DNA of 64,000 bases from Tubulanus polymorphus. Lineage: Eukaryota; Animalia; Nemertea. Positions within the stretch are counted from its first letter, which is position 1. Each line of letters opens with the position of its first letter. Shown piece after piece: positions 26,601 to 38,700 of the stretch. The notes beneath the pieces were generated by a model that saw nothing but the letters and a program-made list of their open reading frames with translations, did not search any database and was not told where the DNA came from. Location of the stretch: assembly GCF_964204645.1 (NCBI RefSeq), contig NC_134029.1, positions 3,906,001 through 3,970,000 on the forward strand, read 5' to 3'. The position numbers and the translations under genes are program-made.

Positions 26601-29600
26601 GAAAATGTTTCGAACCAAATTTGAGGACAGAAGCACATCGAAAATATCGCAGACTCATATATAAGTTTTATAGATTTTAGCTTGTTGGCGATAAATTAAA
26701 ATTTCTTGAATGCGTCCCCGAGTGTTGACCTGTTAGTATCGAGTAATTTGCACTTTTCTCGTCTATACATATTGGCAATATTTAGAGATAATTTCGATAC
26801 CAATTTGATCGTATTAAAATACTCTTGTAACTCACATCAGCTTTCTTGTATAATTCCTCCGAACGATTTTGAAGTTGAGAAAATTTTATCGTTTTTTCCT
26901 CACATTTCATAATAACGTCGATCACATTTTGATATTCGATCATTCATTTCACCGATACTCTCTCTCTTCGAGACCTGTTTTCTTCGCTGTTATATAATAA
27001 CTGATAATTCGTATGCATGTACATAATACGGCCTATACTCTATTTCATAATGTGATGATGACTACTCTTTGAAATTTGAATCTCTAGAATTTAAAGTTAT
27101 CGAATAGTTACGGCTGTACTTTCAAAGGGTAGTTAGTGAGTAAAACGTGCTATCCTAATTATGATGTTTGTTTTTAATGATCGTCCAGCAGGTCGGCAGG
27201 ATGAGGATGATGGACCAGCCGGTTCCGCGACCGATATAACGATAATATTTTTTTCAGATTTGGAGTACTGGCTCAGTCTGGAATCGTGCTTACTCCTATA
27301 GTATTACTGCCCTCGATTGTTTAAGTTGGGCGTGGTATAATTCTTATTTGATCGGGCAGATGACACTTTACTGACTTGTTCAATACCTACTCGGAAGGAA
27401 TCTGTTATTATATCATATCTTAATTCGTAGATTCAATTCTATAATGAATACTAGTTATATATATTCACGTTGACACCTATGATATTTGAGTGTGAATGTT
27501 GAGTGTTGTTGGTGTGTATGTCAGTGTGTGTCGCGTGTATGAAATATCCAAGACTGGCACGTAGGATTCCAGATTGACTTTAGGATATGCCTCGTATTTT
27601 GATTTTGTGTTATTCTAAAAATCGCTAAAATCATGAAATAAAGCATTTGTAAATGTTCATTTCTAGCTGCGTCAGGTGCAACAGTTGTTCATCCCACTGG
27701 TAGTATGATGTCTTCAATAAATCAATCTGGTAAGCCCCCGGATAAACTTTGCTCTTTGATATTAGATGAACGACTGCTGCCTTTGATTTGAAGCAACAGT
27801 TAGCTTGTTCATGACAGCGAGCAGAATTAATAGTTACAAGATTGTGTTTTGGTGTTTCAGGTAATGCAATATTTTCGACATCTCAACCTCAGTTGATTAT
27901 GACTCCAGGTCAGCCGTGCGTACAAGTCGTTCACCATATTCCACAAACAAACTTACAGCAGGTATATTACTGATCATTCGCTTTTCTGACCTTATCAATT
28001 CGACCTCCGCATGATCGGTATCGATATCTGTTGGTTTATTATTTTACAGCCTCCCCCTGGACAGCAGTTAGTTCAGACACAAGTGGCTCCCCCTATGCCT
28101 CAACAGATACAACAAGGTACTGGTGCTTGACAAGAAAATTGTTGTTAGCTGAAAAAAACGTTCGCATTTATTTTGATTTCACAAATGATTAATTGTAGGA
28201 AATCCACCACCATTACCTCATGTTGGGCTTCCACCTCCTGGTATAGCGATTATCCAACGTGGACAAGTTCCGGTGTCTCTATCACCGGGACAGGTGACTG
28301 TAGTGAGCAATCCGAATTCTTTACAACAGCCGCCTCCTAACGAAGTTTGGGACGGATTGAGAATGCAGTTAGCACAGACTGGTATGCAGATACAGGTGCC
28401 TTCAGTGAATACTCAACAACCTCCTCCGGGACATCCTGCTCATATACAGTTAGCTCCCGCTCATCAACTACAAGGACCACCTCCCGGACAACAATTACAA
28501 GGCTTACCTCCTGGTACGCAGATACAGTGCCCTCCGCCGGGCCAACAACTGCAGGGTCATCATCCTGGTCAACAACTTCAAGGACCACCTCCTGGAGCTC
28601 AGTTACAAGGGTTACCGCCCGGTGCGCAGATACAAGGACCACCTGGACAACAAATGCAGGGCCCGCCTCCTGGTCAAATGCCCGGACCACCACATGGTCA
28701 AATGCAGGGTCCTCCCGGCCAGCAAATGCAGGGACCGCCACCTGGACAACAAATGCAGGGACCGCCTCCAAATCAGCAGTTACAGGGACCACCACCTAAC
28801 CAACATTTGCAAGGTCAGCTTTTGGGCCAGCAAATGCAGGGGCCTCCTCCTGGCCAACAGTTACAAAGCTTACCGCCACCAGGACAGCAAATGCAGGCCG
28901 TACCGATGCCAGGGCAGCCAATGCAAGGTCCTCCACCTGGGCAACAGTTACCACCCGGAATACAGCAACAGATGCAGGGTTTACCACCTGGGCAGCAGTT
29001 ACCTCCCCACGGGCAAATACAACAGACTGAGATTGTACTTCCACCCGATCAATTTCAACAACCCCCTCCGCAGGTAATCAAATCATCTCTCTTAGTTAGA
29101 TTTATTTACACATTCGCTGCCAAATACAAGATATCTTGTATTCCCAGTTCTGTCAGCGATGCCACTATGAGTTATCTTGTACTTCATACTTCATATTCAC
29201 TGTTTGATATTTTAATGATACAATTCCTGATTGGCTGGTGATGTGAACAAACTCTCGTTTCATTCTCAATGGTCATTGGTCAATTTTGAATATAGCTGAC
29301 TATGTAATATAGTCCAACTAAGAGATATCTTGTTGTAGAGAAGAAACACGGTGGCAGCAAACGTGTTAATAACTGTGGATAAATACTTAAATACACTACT
29401 CATTGCAGACATCAGCACCGATTCAGATGCCTAACCTGAGTCACCCTCCACCCGGGAGTGTTCCATACTCTGTGCATTCGTCATCTCCGGTGTGTCAGGT
29501 GACCGCGTCTGCTCCTAACGTCACCACGGTTACGTCGTTCGACTATTACAGCCAGGTGGCCCCGGCGGTGAAAGAGGAATTGGTTCACAAACGGCGGTTT

Positions 29601-30592
29601 ACGGAAGAGAAGGACGATAGTACAAGTGTACCGGAAAACCTGCTCGGATATCAGGTAAAAATCATACGGATCTCATCATTGAGTAACTACTAGTCAACCT
29701 GGCTTATCCACGCCTGCCATAAGTGGAATCCTTGATAATCCTAGCCGTGCTCCTTTATTACCAATAGTATCTATGTTTTTACGAAGTCATCACTTATTTT
29801 GTAGCATGGGCCTCCGCATTTGACTAACCTCGTGAATCCCGGATTGCCGGCATCATCCACAGCAAATTCAAATCAGTCCGAACAAAATGAACAGATTCAG
29901 AAAAATGACGAAACTGGGTACGAACTATTTGGATAAACTACTATAGATAAACTCACAATTGAAAGGAAAACTTTTGAGTTACAGTCAAACCTGCTTAATT
30001 CGGCTTAATCTGGATTTTGGTCTAATGTGGACAATATATGCTGTCAATTGGTTTATCCCAAATGATCCGAATTAACAGTGTTTTATTTGACTGTAGTTTT
30101 CGCTTGTGTTATTTTATTATCAAACTGGTTTTCAGGATTTATTTCAATCATTCATTCTTTTTACAGCGGAACAGGTGATGCATCGACGAACGGCGATGGT
30201 GAAGGTCGAAGAAAAGATGTCGACACAAAATTGATGCCGCCTCCACCACCCCCAGCAATGCAGGGTATGTAATGTACAAAAGTCTACCTAACGTCAACTG
30301 CAGCTGTGCTTCTGTTAAGAAGAAATGTTGTTCCGTAGTCTATTTTTCATTCAGTTTTTCAATTTCATCTTTTCCATAGGTGTAAAACGGCAGATGTCTC
30401 CGGACGAAACGAACGAAAAGGATGAAATTAAGCGAACAAAAGGAGCTCTTGGAACAGTCGCCGGTAAGGTTTATTTCTATATTACTTAAGCCCAATAACC
30501 TAAGATTTTTTGGAGGGTTAAAATGATTTTTGAATTTGTTGATTTTAGCGTATGGCTCAGATGATGAGGATGAAGAACATTCGCAAAGACGA

Positions 30593-30638
<46 letters not shown>

Positions 30639-31351
30639 GACAACAGGATAAATATTCATATAATCAATACCAGGGACAACCTCAACTTTATAATCAATCT
30701 CCACCTCCACAACAACAACTAGGACCACCACCACAACAGTTAGGACCACCCCAACAACAACAACAGCTAGGACCACCCCAACAACAGCAACAACAGCTAG
30801 GACCACCTCAACAACAGCAACAACAGCTAGGACCACCTCAACAACAGCAACAACAGCTAGGACCACCTCAACAACAACAACAACAGCTTGGACCACCTCA
30901 ACAACAACAACTTCAACAGATCCAACTGATTCAACAACAACAAATACAACATCAATTACAACATCAACAACAGCCGCCGCAGGGTCAAGGACAAATACAA
31001 CTTCAAACGCAACAGTTTCAATATCAACAAGAAACTCAGATATCACAGTTTCAAGTTTTGCAACAACAACCGCCTCCCCTTCAGACAGGTCCGAGATTCT
31101 CTGAGGCGACCATATCTCATTTTCAGCAGCAACCACCTCCGCAAATTCACTTCGCAACGAATCCACAATTCACGCATCCTCCACCGTCAGCCGTGTCGGT
31201 GAATCCACAATTCACGCATCCACCTCCATCAGTGGCTGCTCCACAATTTACACATCCTCCCCCAGCTGCCACTAATCCACAATTCACGCATCCTCCTCAC
31301 GTGGCTCCTCAGCAGCAACATGGAATGCCGTTCTGGATGGCTCCACCCTGA
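20652..31351 (+). CDS. KHDC4: KH homology domain-containing protein 4 (BLOM7/KIAA0907), splicing-associated RNA-binding protein, multi-exon
   Basis: Spliced peptides [108 protein letters not shown] and C-terminal MPFWMAPP match the recalled orthologue. Confidence 0.95.
21414..21628 (+). mobile_element. tRNA-derived SINE in KHDC4 intron
   Basis: Pol III A box TAGCTCAGTGG and B box GGTTCGAGTCC without a full cloverleaf; AAAC-repeat tail. Body motif GTCTAGGGAAACCAT recurs inverted at ~43708-43722. Confidence 0.65.
23350..23478. mobile_element. PIF/Harbinger-like MITE (family B)
   Basis: TIRs GGCCCAGTTG...CAACTGGCCC with CWG flanks; related inverted copy at 52428-52559. Confidence 0.6.
25261..25362. 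mobile_element. PIF/Harbinger-like MITE (TIR related to family A)
   Basis: AGTCCGGTTCCAC...GTGGCGCTGGCTC flanked by CTG on both sides. Confidence 0.55.
28420..29073 (+). repeat. Coding tandem repeats QGPPPGQQ(L/M) within KHDC4
   Basis: About 20 degenerate 8-9 aa units in the 28273..29241 ORF. Confidence 0.9.
29982..30093. mobile_element. Tc1/mariner-type MITE
   Basis: TA|CAGTCAAA...TTTGACTG|TA terminal inverted repeats with TA duplication. Confidence 0.6.
30593..30910 (+). repeat. CAG poly-Q tract and 30-bp [10 protein letters not shown] coding minisatellite in the KHDC4 last exon
   Basis: (CAG)~14 at 30596-30637; near-identical 30-nt units caacagctaggaccacctcaacaacagcaa at ~30760-30910. 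Confidence 0.95.
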
Positions 31352-32701
31352 TCGAAATGATCTCTGATTGCAAAATTCCGATGGTGCTATTGTTTGTATG
31401 GGTCAGTGGCCTGCTGCGAGTAACAGGTGTAATTTTTAAGTAGAATTAGCTAACAAAGAAGCGTGAAGAAATTAAGTCTGAAGAGACATAATTTTGGTGA
31501 ATTTGATTAATTATGTTCAACACACTTTATAAAGTGTAATTTCAGTTTTCAAGAATTTGATTTTATGGTTGACTTTTTAATCATTTGCATAACCTAAATT
31601 TCGAGAAGGAATAAATATTATCTTATCTTTGGAATTAAATATTCTTTTGAATTTGATTAATTATAATCTGATGGGCAATGGCATAAATTGTTCCCGTTTC
31701 TTCATAAACATAGGAACGATTGTAAAAATCGAATAAGTATTTTTGCATTTATTTCTATTGCAGTATTTGTTAATAGTGTAATATAGGTTTTTTTTCTGTC
31801 TTTCTTGTAAATTACTTGTATAATGTCCTGCTATGTGAAGCAATGTACATTTTTCGTAAAATTTGTATATGAATGCACATTTCATTTTTGTACAGTTCTG
31901 ATCTGCCACAAAATAAAACTGATTTGATGATTAAATATGATATAAGTAGGCTATATTTGTATATTTTGTTGGCATGGAATTTGCTCTAAAAAGTGTTATG
32001 GCTTAAAACTGCCTCCCGGTGTCAAGTAGCCTCCGACGGTATCTCAAAGAGTGCCGGATAAACTGACGTCCTCACAGAGTAGAAGAAAATTGGATGAACA
32101 TTCCCACAATTGATTGATGAGATTTTGACAGTTTTCAAGGAGGACAATCTACTAAGATCTCTCCGGAGAAACAGTAATGATGCAGTACATTGAAGATGGG
32201 ACTAACATTTCGCATAAATGAACTTAAGATATCATCGAAAGAAAGAGAGCGTTCAATAATTAGAGAAATCGTTTTTGCGTGGTCATTAAGCCTTGAGCGC
32301 CGACATTTCGTTTTCATATTCTGGTATTTGGCGCGGTGTCTTAAGCGCCGTAATGCAACCAGCAACCACTATGTCCCTTCTCGCCTCATCCCGTCCCCGA
32401 CAAGAATGAAGAAATGTCAAAATGAAGCTGAGCCGATGAGGTAAATTTGAAATTTGTTTCAACGATTTAGCCGAACTTGTTGTGGCTCTTCCCCTGAAAC
32501 CTTATCAAAATGCATCCTCGAGACCGGGCGGGGTGTTAAAAAGTCAGGAAATATGTAATTTTTGTAAAAAGTTAAATACCTAAAATAGTCGGTAAAAAGA
32601 GTGAAGTCAGTCAGGGAAATTTGTTAATACATAAATGACATATACTTTGGGAAACCATATATTAGATTTATTTAGCACGTCGTCAAGTTTCCTTCCAAGT
32701 T

Positions 32702-33249
32702 CTAATGTCTATTTATTAATGGATGAGACCTGTTTTTCTTGGATATTTTGCTTACTTTTTGGGGTACATACCTCATTTATGTCTTAACAGAATGCCAAAA
32801 ATCGCGGACAACAACTGAATATCCGATATATTTCCAGTTCTGTACCAATTAGATGGATTGGCAAAAAGACTCCTTAAGTCCAATTGAATGAGAGGGAAAA
32901 TCCTCCATTTTGTGAAATTTCTTGAATTTTTACATTGTCACCATGCCTACGAAATGAAGTAATTTTTCTTGTGGGGTCTCAACAACTAAATCAGGGTGGC
33001 GTAGGCATGGTAACAATGTTCAAATCCAAGAAATTTGACAAAATGGAGGATTTTCTCTCTCATTCAACTGGACTTAAGGAGTCTTTTTGCCAATCCATCT
33101 AATTGGTACAGAACTGGAAATATATCGGATATTCAGTTGTTGTCCGCAATTTTTGGCATTCTGTTAAGACATAAATGAGGTATGTACCCCAAAAAGTAAG
33201 CAAAATATCCCAGAAAAACAAGTCTCATCAATTAATAAATAGACATTAG
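32702..33249. mobile_element. Foldback/MITE with ~250 bp inverted arms
   Basis: 32702-32951 is the near-perfect reverse complement of 33000-33249 with a ~48 bp spacer; TA (or GTTC) is duplicated at the flanks. Confidence 0.9.
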
Positions 33250-34830
33250 TTCTGTCTATTACATATTTGACTGTGTGTTAATTGATTCTTAGCAGATCAA
33301 GTCATGGAAAACAACGTGCATGTCAGGGAATTGTCTGGAAAAAGTCTGGAAAAGTAATTCAATTGTATGTGGCCCTGAACAGCTGTAGGCCTAACCGGAC
33401 TGTGATTTAGTTTGATGATTTTCACTTAATCAGATTAATAACAGAATCATTGCTGTTTCATTTTCACTATTCCTGCTGTGCTTTTGATAAGGTTGGGTTA
33501 GGATTAGGATTTAGATAAACGGGTTGCTTTCAAATCAAATTAGAAACTGTTCACACACTGCAGCTATGAAGCTGTGAATGTGCAGAATATTGATATTGCT
33601 TCATTGCAAAAGTCAACGCACAATAAGTTTCAATAAAACCAGCTCGCTGGCTTGCGAGTAAATTTTCGACTGAAATCGTTTAGGAATTAAAAAGAAAATC
33701 TGTGAATATAGTCTTAAAGATAGGCCAGTATGGATACAAATAGCAGCAGTAGCAATAACAGTTATGAAGATGAAGGTAATCCTCTTATTAGATTTTCACA
33801 CACTCTTGAAGAATTATCTTTATTGACTGTGTAGATCATAGGCCTAAGGCCTAGAATATTATTGGTGGGTAACGAATTTGAGAATGCCAGGCTGTATCGC
33901 ACGCCACTCGGAGAGACAGCTCTATTATTACAGATAGGCCTATGGTTTAACTTTTTGATTAAAGTGAAGTCTTACATAACGCGTCATCATGATCATGGAT
34001 TTATGATTCATAAGTTGGTCTGACTAAAAAATGATAACTTCATTAAAGCAACTCTTAGTTCTGTATACATGTACCAGCTTTGTCGTCTGGTTGGATCCAA
34101 ACAAAAGTTTCCATGAGGAATTTTTACGTGTTCAACTCTTGGACTAAAGGACTAAGATAAAATGATTGGCCTACCTTATTGGCCTACCTTCCTTGCATTG
34201 CACAGATTTTTGAAATAATCTTTTTCAAATAAACGATCGTTGGAATTAGAAATTTATTAAGTGTTTTTTTTTTTTGCAAGATGTATGTTTATAATTGTAT
34301 TTTGGGTGCGGCTCCGTAGTGTCGAAAACTGTTTCATGATAATATGTCGGGAGCTCATTTGATGAAAAATATCGAGATCGTTTATACACCACATAATAGC
34401 CTATATTGACTGGTAATTTAAGGAGACGGCTATCTGTTTATATATCTGTTAGATTGATTATTAACACCGGTATGTCATAATAATATGTTGATGCACGCAT
34501 TGATCAGAGATATGTGTGCGTAATATTTTCTATGAGATACTATTTATTCCGTTGACTGCTGCCGTTGAGAATGGAATAGTCAGCAATGTGCAACGCATTT
34601 CAATAGTCGTCAACTGAAATGTGAAATATTGCGCGAATAATTCATCAGTTTTTGCAGTGTTGCCTGCATTGAGTTTGTTCGGCGCTATTGTTATTAGAAC
34701 GGGTGTTGAGGTTTTATTTTGAATATGGGTAGCGCAGCAACGACTTATGTCGGCAACGTTGATGATGGATTCGATTATTGTCAGCCAGGTAATGATGTTG
34801 TTTCGATAGATTCAAAGATGATATTGGAGT

Positions 34831-34967
34831 CTGAAGATGTCTAGTAACCTCCGTCTTTAAGCCTGAAGATGTCTAGTAACCTCGGTCTTTAAGCCTGAAG
34901 ATGTCAAGATGTCTAGTAACCTCAGTCTTTAAGCCTGAAGATATTTAGTAACCTCGGTCTTTAAGCA
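34831..34967 (+). repeat. 32-bp minisatellite, 4 copies
   Basis: Unit ctgaagatgtctagtaacctcggtctttaagc. Confidence 0.9.
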
Positions 34968-35765
34968 GTACTTGTCTACAAAACCCGGCTACATATTGAG
35001 TTTTAATAGTAATAAGTTTTTGTTAGCTATCCAGATTTGTGGTATTAAAACCGTGATGATAAATCAATATTAGTGGCATGATTTAGGCCTATGTTTAGAC
35101 GTATTTATTATGTCACTATCCGCTTAATGATTGGTGTTATTAATAATCTGTTTGACATTATATGTGGCAGTCCCAGGAGTCATTCAAGTCAGATAGCCAA
35201 TTATTGTGTGGTTTAAGAGCTGGGATAATCGATATCTGAGTGGCCTCTCAGTAGTCTGGATGTAGTCTAGATGGAGAACGGCACTGATAACTGAGCTAAG
35301 CCGTTGATGAGCTAAGACCACGGGGTTCTTAAGGGTTTTGGCGAATGGGTATTTTTCCCAGGCCCTGGAAAAGCTATGCAAATTTTTTTGTTCTCTATGG
35401 CAAGAGGTATGGAAAATCAGAAAATGGTCTCAAGATGAAAATTTCCATCTATTTTGAATTTTAGGCTAGGCTATATGTCTTAATGTCTTACTACATATTT
35501 GATAACAGACTTTATGAAAACACTTTGTCGATGAAACTGATAATTGGCATTTATTTATTTTGAATGGGCCTACAGTTCCTGTTCAAGTTAGCGATGTGTA
35601 ACCTAGGGGTATGGAAGATTTATAATCTGGGTATGGAAAATCAAATTGGGAAATTCGTAAGAACTCTTGAGAGCTTGCGGATTAAAACCCTTCAACTAGC
35701 CTTTTCATGGCTCCTTATAAATCTTTTCAGTTAGCGATGATTGCTCGGTGGCAGTAACGTTCGAA

Positions 35766-38700
35766 ATGTCTAAAGTGAAACAGGTTGGATTATTAGCGGC
35801 TGGCTGTCAACCGTGGAACGGTGATGTCTGTGCTGCTAGTGGAGATAGATTCGCTTATTGCGCCACTTTAGCTGTCTACATATACCAGGTAATTAAGGCA
35901 TACGTCTCTGACATTTAGCGCGATCTGAAACTGTGTTCAGGAGAGGGAAAGGCAAAAAACTGCTTGATTAAGTGGAGCGAAAATGACAGGGTGGCCACTT
36001 ACTTGAAAATCAGGGAAAAGTCAGGAAATTTCAGTTTCTTTAAAAAGAGAGAGAATTTAATTTGTAAAAAAAAGTTGAAAATCAAGGAAAAGTCAAGGAA
36101 ATGTGTTAAGATTGCTAGAACACGCATAAAATCAAACAGCTTAAGTGCATGATGACGGAAATACAGTGGATCCTCATCACAATGAGCATCTGGGGACCGG
36201 AAAATCAGTTCTGTCGTAACCGATGTTTGTGTTGTATCAAGAATGAAATCATTTAAAAATTGTTGTGTTTGGGATGAAATTCTAGCTTTGTAAGAACTTG
36301 TTTTTTTCGGTATTTTCGTTTTATTCAGTACGATCGCAAATTCAACCAGTTCAATCTGCACTCGATCATGTCGGAGCACAAGAAAACCATAATCGGCATT
36401 TCATGGAACCCTCACAACGTGGATCTATTCGTTACAGCCGGCGCCGACTATCAGGTGATCATCTGGCACGTGGCCGAGCAACGCGCGGTCGCCAAGCTGG
36501 ACAATCTGAAATCGATCCCAAGTTCGGTCGGTTGGTGTCCGCACGAACGCGAATGTATCGCATTTATCAGTCAACGCGGCCCGTTACTGCTGTGGAACTA
36601 CAGCCACGGTGGAATCACGCAGCACAAACACGCGCAGAACTTTCTATCGGAGGTCTGCCAGTTCCGGTGGCATCATCGCAAAATGGGCAAAATAGCGTTC
36701 GGTCACATGGATGGCAGTATATCTATGTGTTGCACAGGTAAATATGTAACTGTCAAATTTCGAATATTCTCGAGTTATGGGTGAAAAATGAGTTTTGGAT
36801 CCATAAAACTTAGCACCTGTACCTGTTAGTGTAGTATTAGCTGATATTTCCCGCTGTAACAACGTCTGGTATTCAGACTACTGTACCTTTCTATAAGACG
36901 AGTTTCTAGAATACACGATAGCTGTGATCACAGAAGCATTTTTGACCAAATATATCCGAAGAAGACCAAACTGGTGCCAAGTCTGGTGGCATTGATAGAA
37001 TATTGACATCCACTGTGGCAGGGGCAGCACATGTTTTATAAGGGGTGGCTGATTTTCAGAAGGGTGGTTGTGAAAATGAAAGGGGTCACTGCCCCTCTAA
37101 AACCCTATTTCTCTTTGTTGTTTAGGTCAGCGTCCCGAGAAGCATTTCGGTCGACCGGACATCACTGAAGGATCGGAGGAAAGCGATTCAGTGACAGATT
37201 TACAATGGGATCCGCTATCGACTAGTTATCTACTGGTGGCAAACACATCGACCGATGTACGTCTCATAGATACCGATTCATTGACTGTGATTATGACATT
37301 TCAGCTGCCTAGTGTCGCCGCTCAAGTTCATGCAATAGCCTGGATTTCAACAGCGCCCGGCATGTTTCTGACCGGAGGTATTTATGATAAGCATATTAGC
37401 CACGTAACTAGAAATTGCTGCAAAAAATAATAGATATTCCCACTATAAGAATTCTAAACGTTTCCTTGAGCTAATATTTTATTCTATATTTCGAAAATAC
37501 ATCCCAATAGTCATCTTCAGGAATACTGATTCACTACTTCACAGTACATAGGATTCAGACTAGGATTGGATCGGATCATGTATTTGCATAGCCCCTAGTC
37601 TAAGTCAATAGTAGAACTATTGTTAAATGCCCCCTGCAGAATCAGGTGATGACTTGAACAGAAATGTCCTTCGAGTGCTAGGAGGGAGTCAATATCATGG
37701 AGGTGTTTGGCGTGTAGGGAATTCCTCACAATGGGTACAAATTTCTTAAACGTACGCCCACTGAATGACTTCGGAAGATATCTGACAAAGAGAAGGTTTA
37801 TCTGAAGTCATTTTAACAAGGTTCTACCCTAGCATGTATTATAATATAAGTGCAATCACCTCAGATGAACACATTAAGTGTGCATTTCAATTTTCATTTG
37901 TGATCTCTACTTTGCCCTCAAGGCAGCATGTCTTTCGCATAACATCATTACGCACACGCTAAGCAGCGCTCGATGAAATCAATAATAAATATCGTGTCTG
38001 TGTTTTGTATCGATTATGTATAGATTTGCACTCGGGAGTTATGAGATTGTGGAACGTATCGAAACCGACGCCGATCGAAAATATCAAACTGAAGAAATGC
38101 GGATTTCATTGTCTGCACGTGATTTCAACACCGACGTCGACTCCGAACTCTCATCACAGCGATACCGGTTACTCGTCTGCCAACTCTAGTTATACCCTGC
38201 CGCCCGGGCACGCTATGTGCACGTTCCTCGATGGTGGTATCGGGTTGTACGATCTCGGACGTCGCAAGTGGAATTTTATCAGAGACTACGTACGTAATGA
38301 GCGGTTTATAGATGAATTATAGGGAACCTCAACATTACCGTGGCGATAGATGATTACACTTATGCAGGGTGGCCACTTACCTCCATATCAGTGAAAAGTC
38401 AAGAATTTTCTTTTTATTGAAAAAAATGGGAAAAAGTCAAGAGAATCAACGTGCGGTGGAGGTCAATTCGACCCAGTTGAAATATTCTTAGTGATATATT
38501 TTGATATCTGTATCTTAATATTCTACCGAGTCCAACCATAAAATCCTGCTATGCATTACAGTAATACTTTTTGAAATGTCCATCTCTTCGAGGTTTGCAC
38601 AAGTTTTGGCTGCTTAGGGACGATCTCGTCTCCTCTATTTTCAGGGTCATATAGAAACGATATTCGACTGTAAGTTCAAGCCGGATAATGCCGATCTGCT

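Noticed and set aside
28337-31166. Overlapping antisense and alternate-frame ORFs (Val-rich, Thr-rich)
   Set aside because: Shadows of the KHDC4 Q/P repeat exons.
34831-34967. 32-bp repeats as a CRISPR array
   Set aside because: Repeats are contiguous with no unique spacers, no cas genes, and the context is a eukaryotic intron.
36956-36984. Second hammerhead (CCGAAGAAG-ACCA-aac-TGGT)
   Set aside because: Lacks the GAAA core and stem I pairing.
37640-37812. C/D snoRNA or pre-miRNA (GTGATGA at ~37646; hairpin 37764-37812)
   Set aside because: No convincing terminal stem or recognisable guide; the hairpin is short and imperfect.
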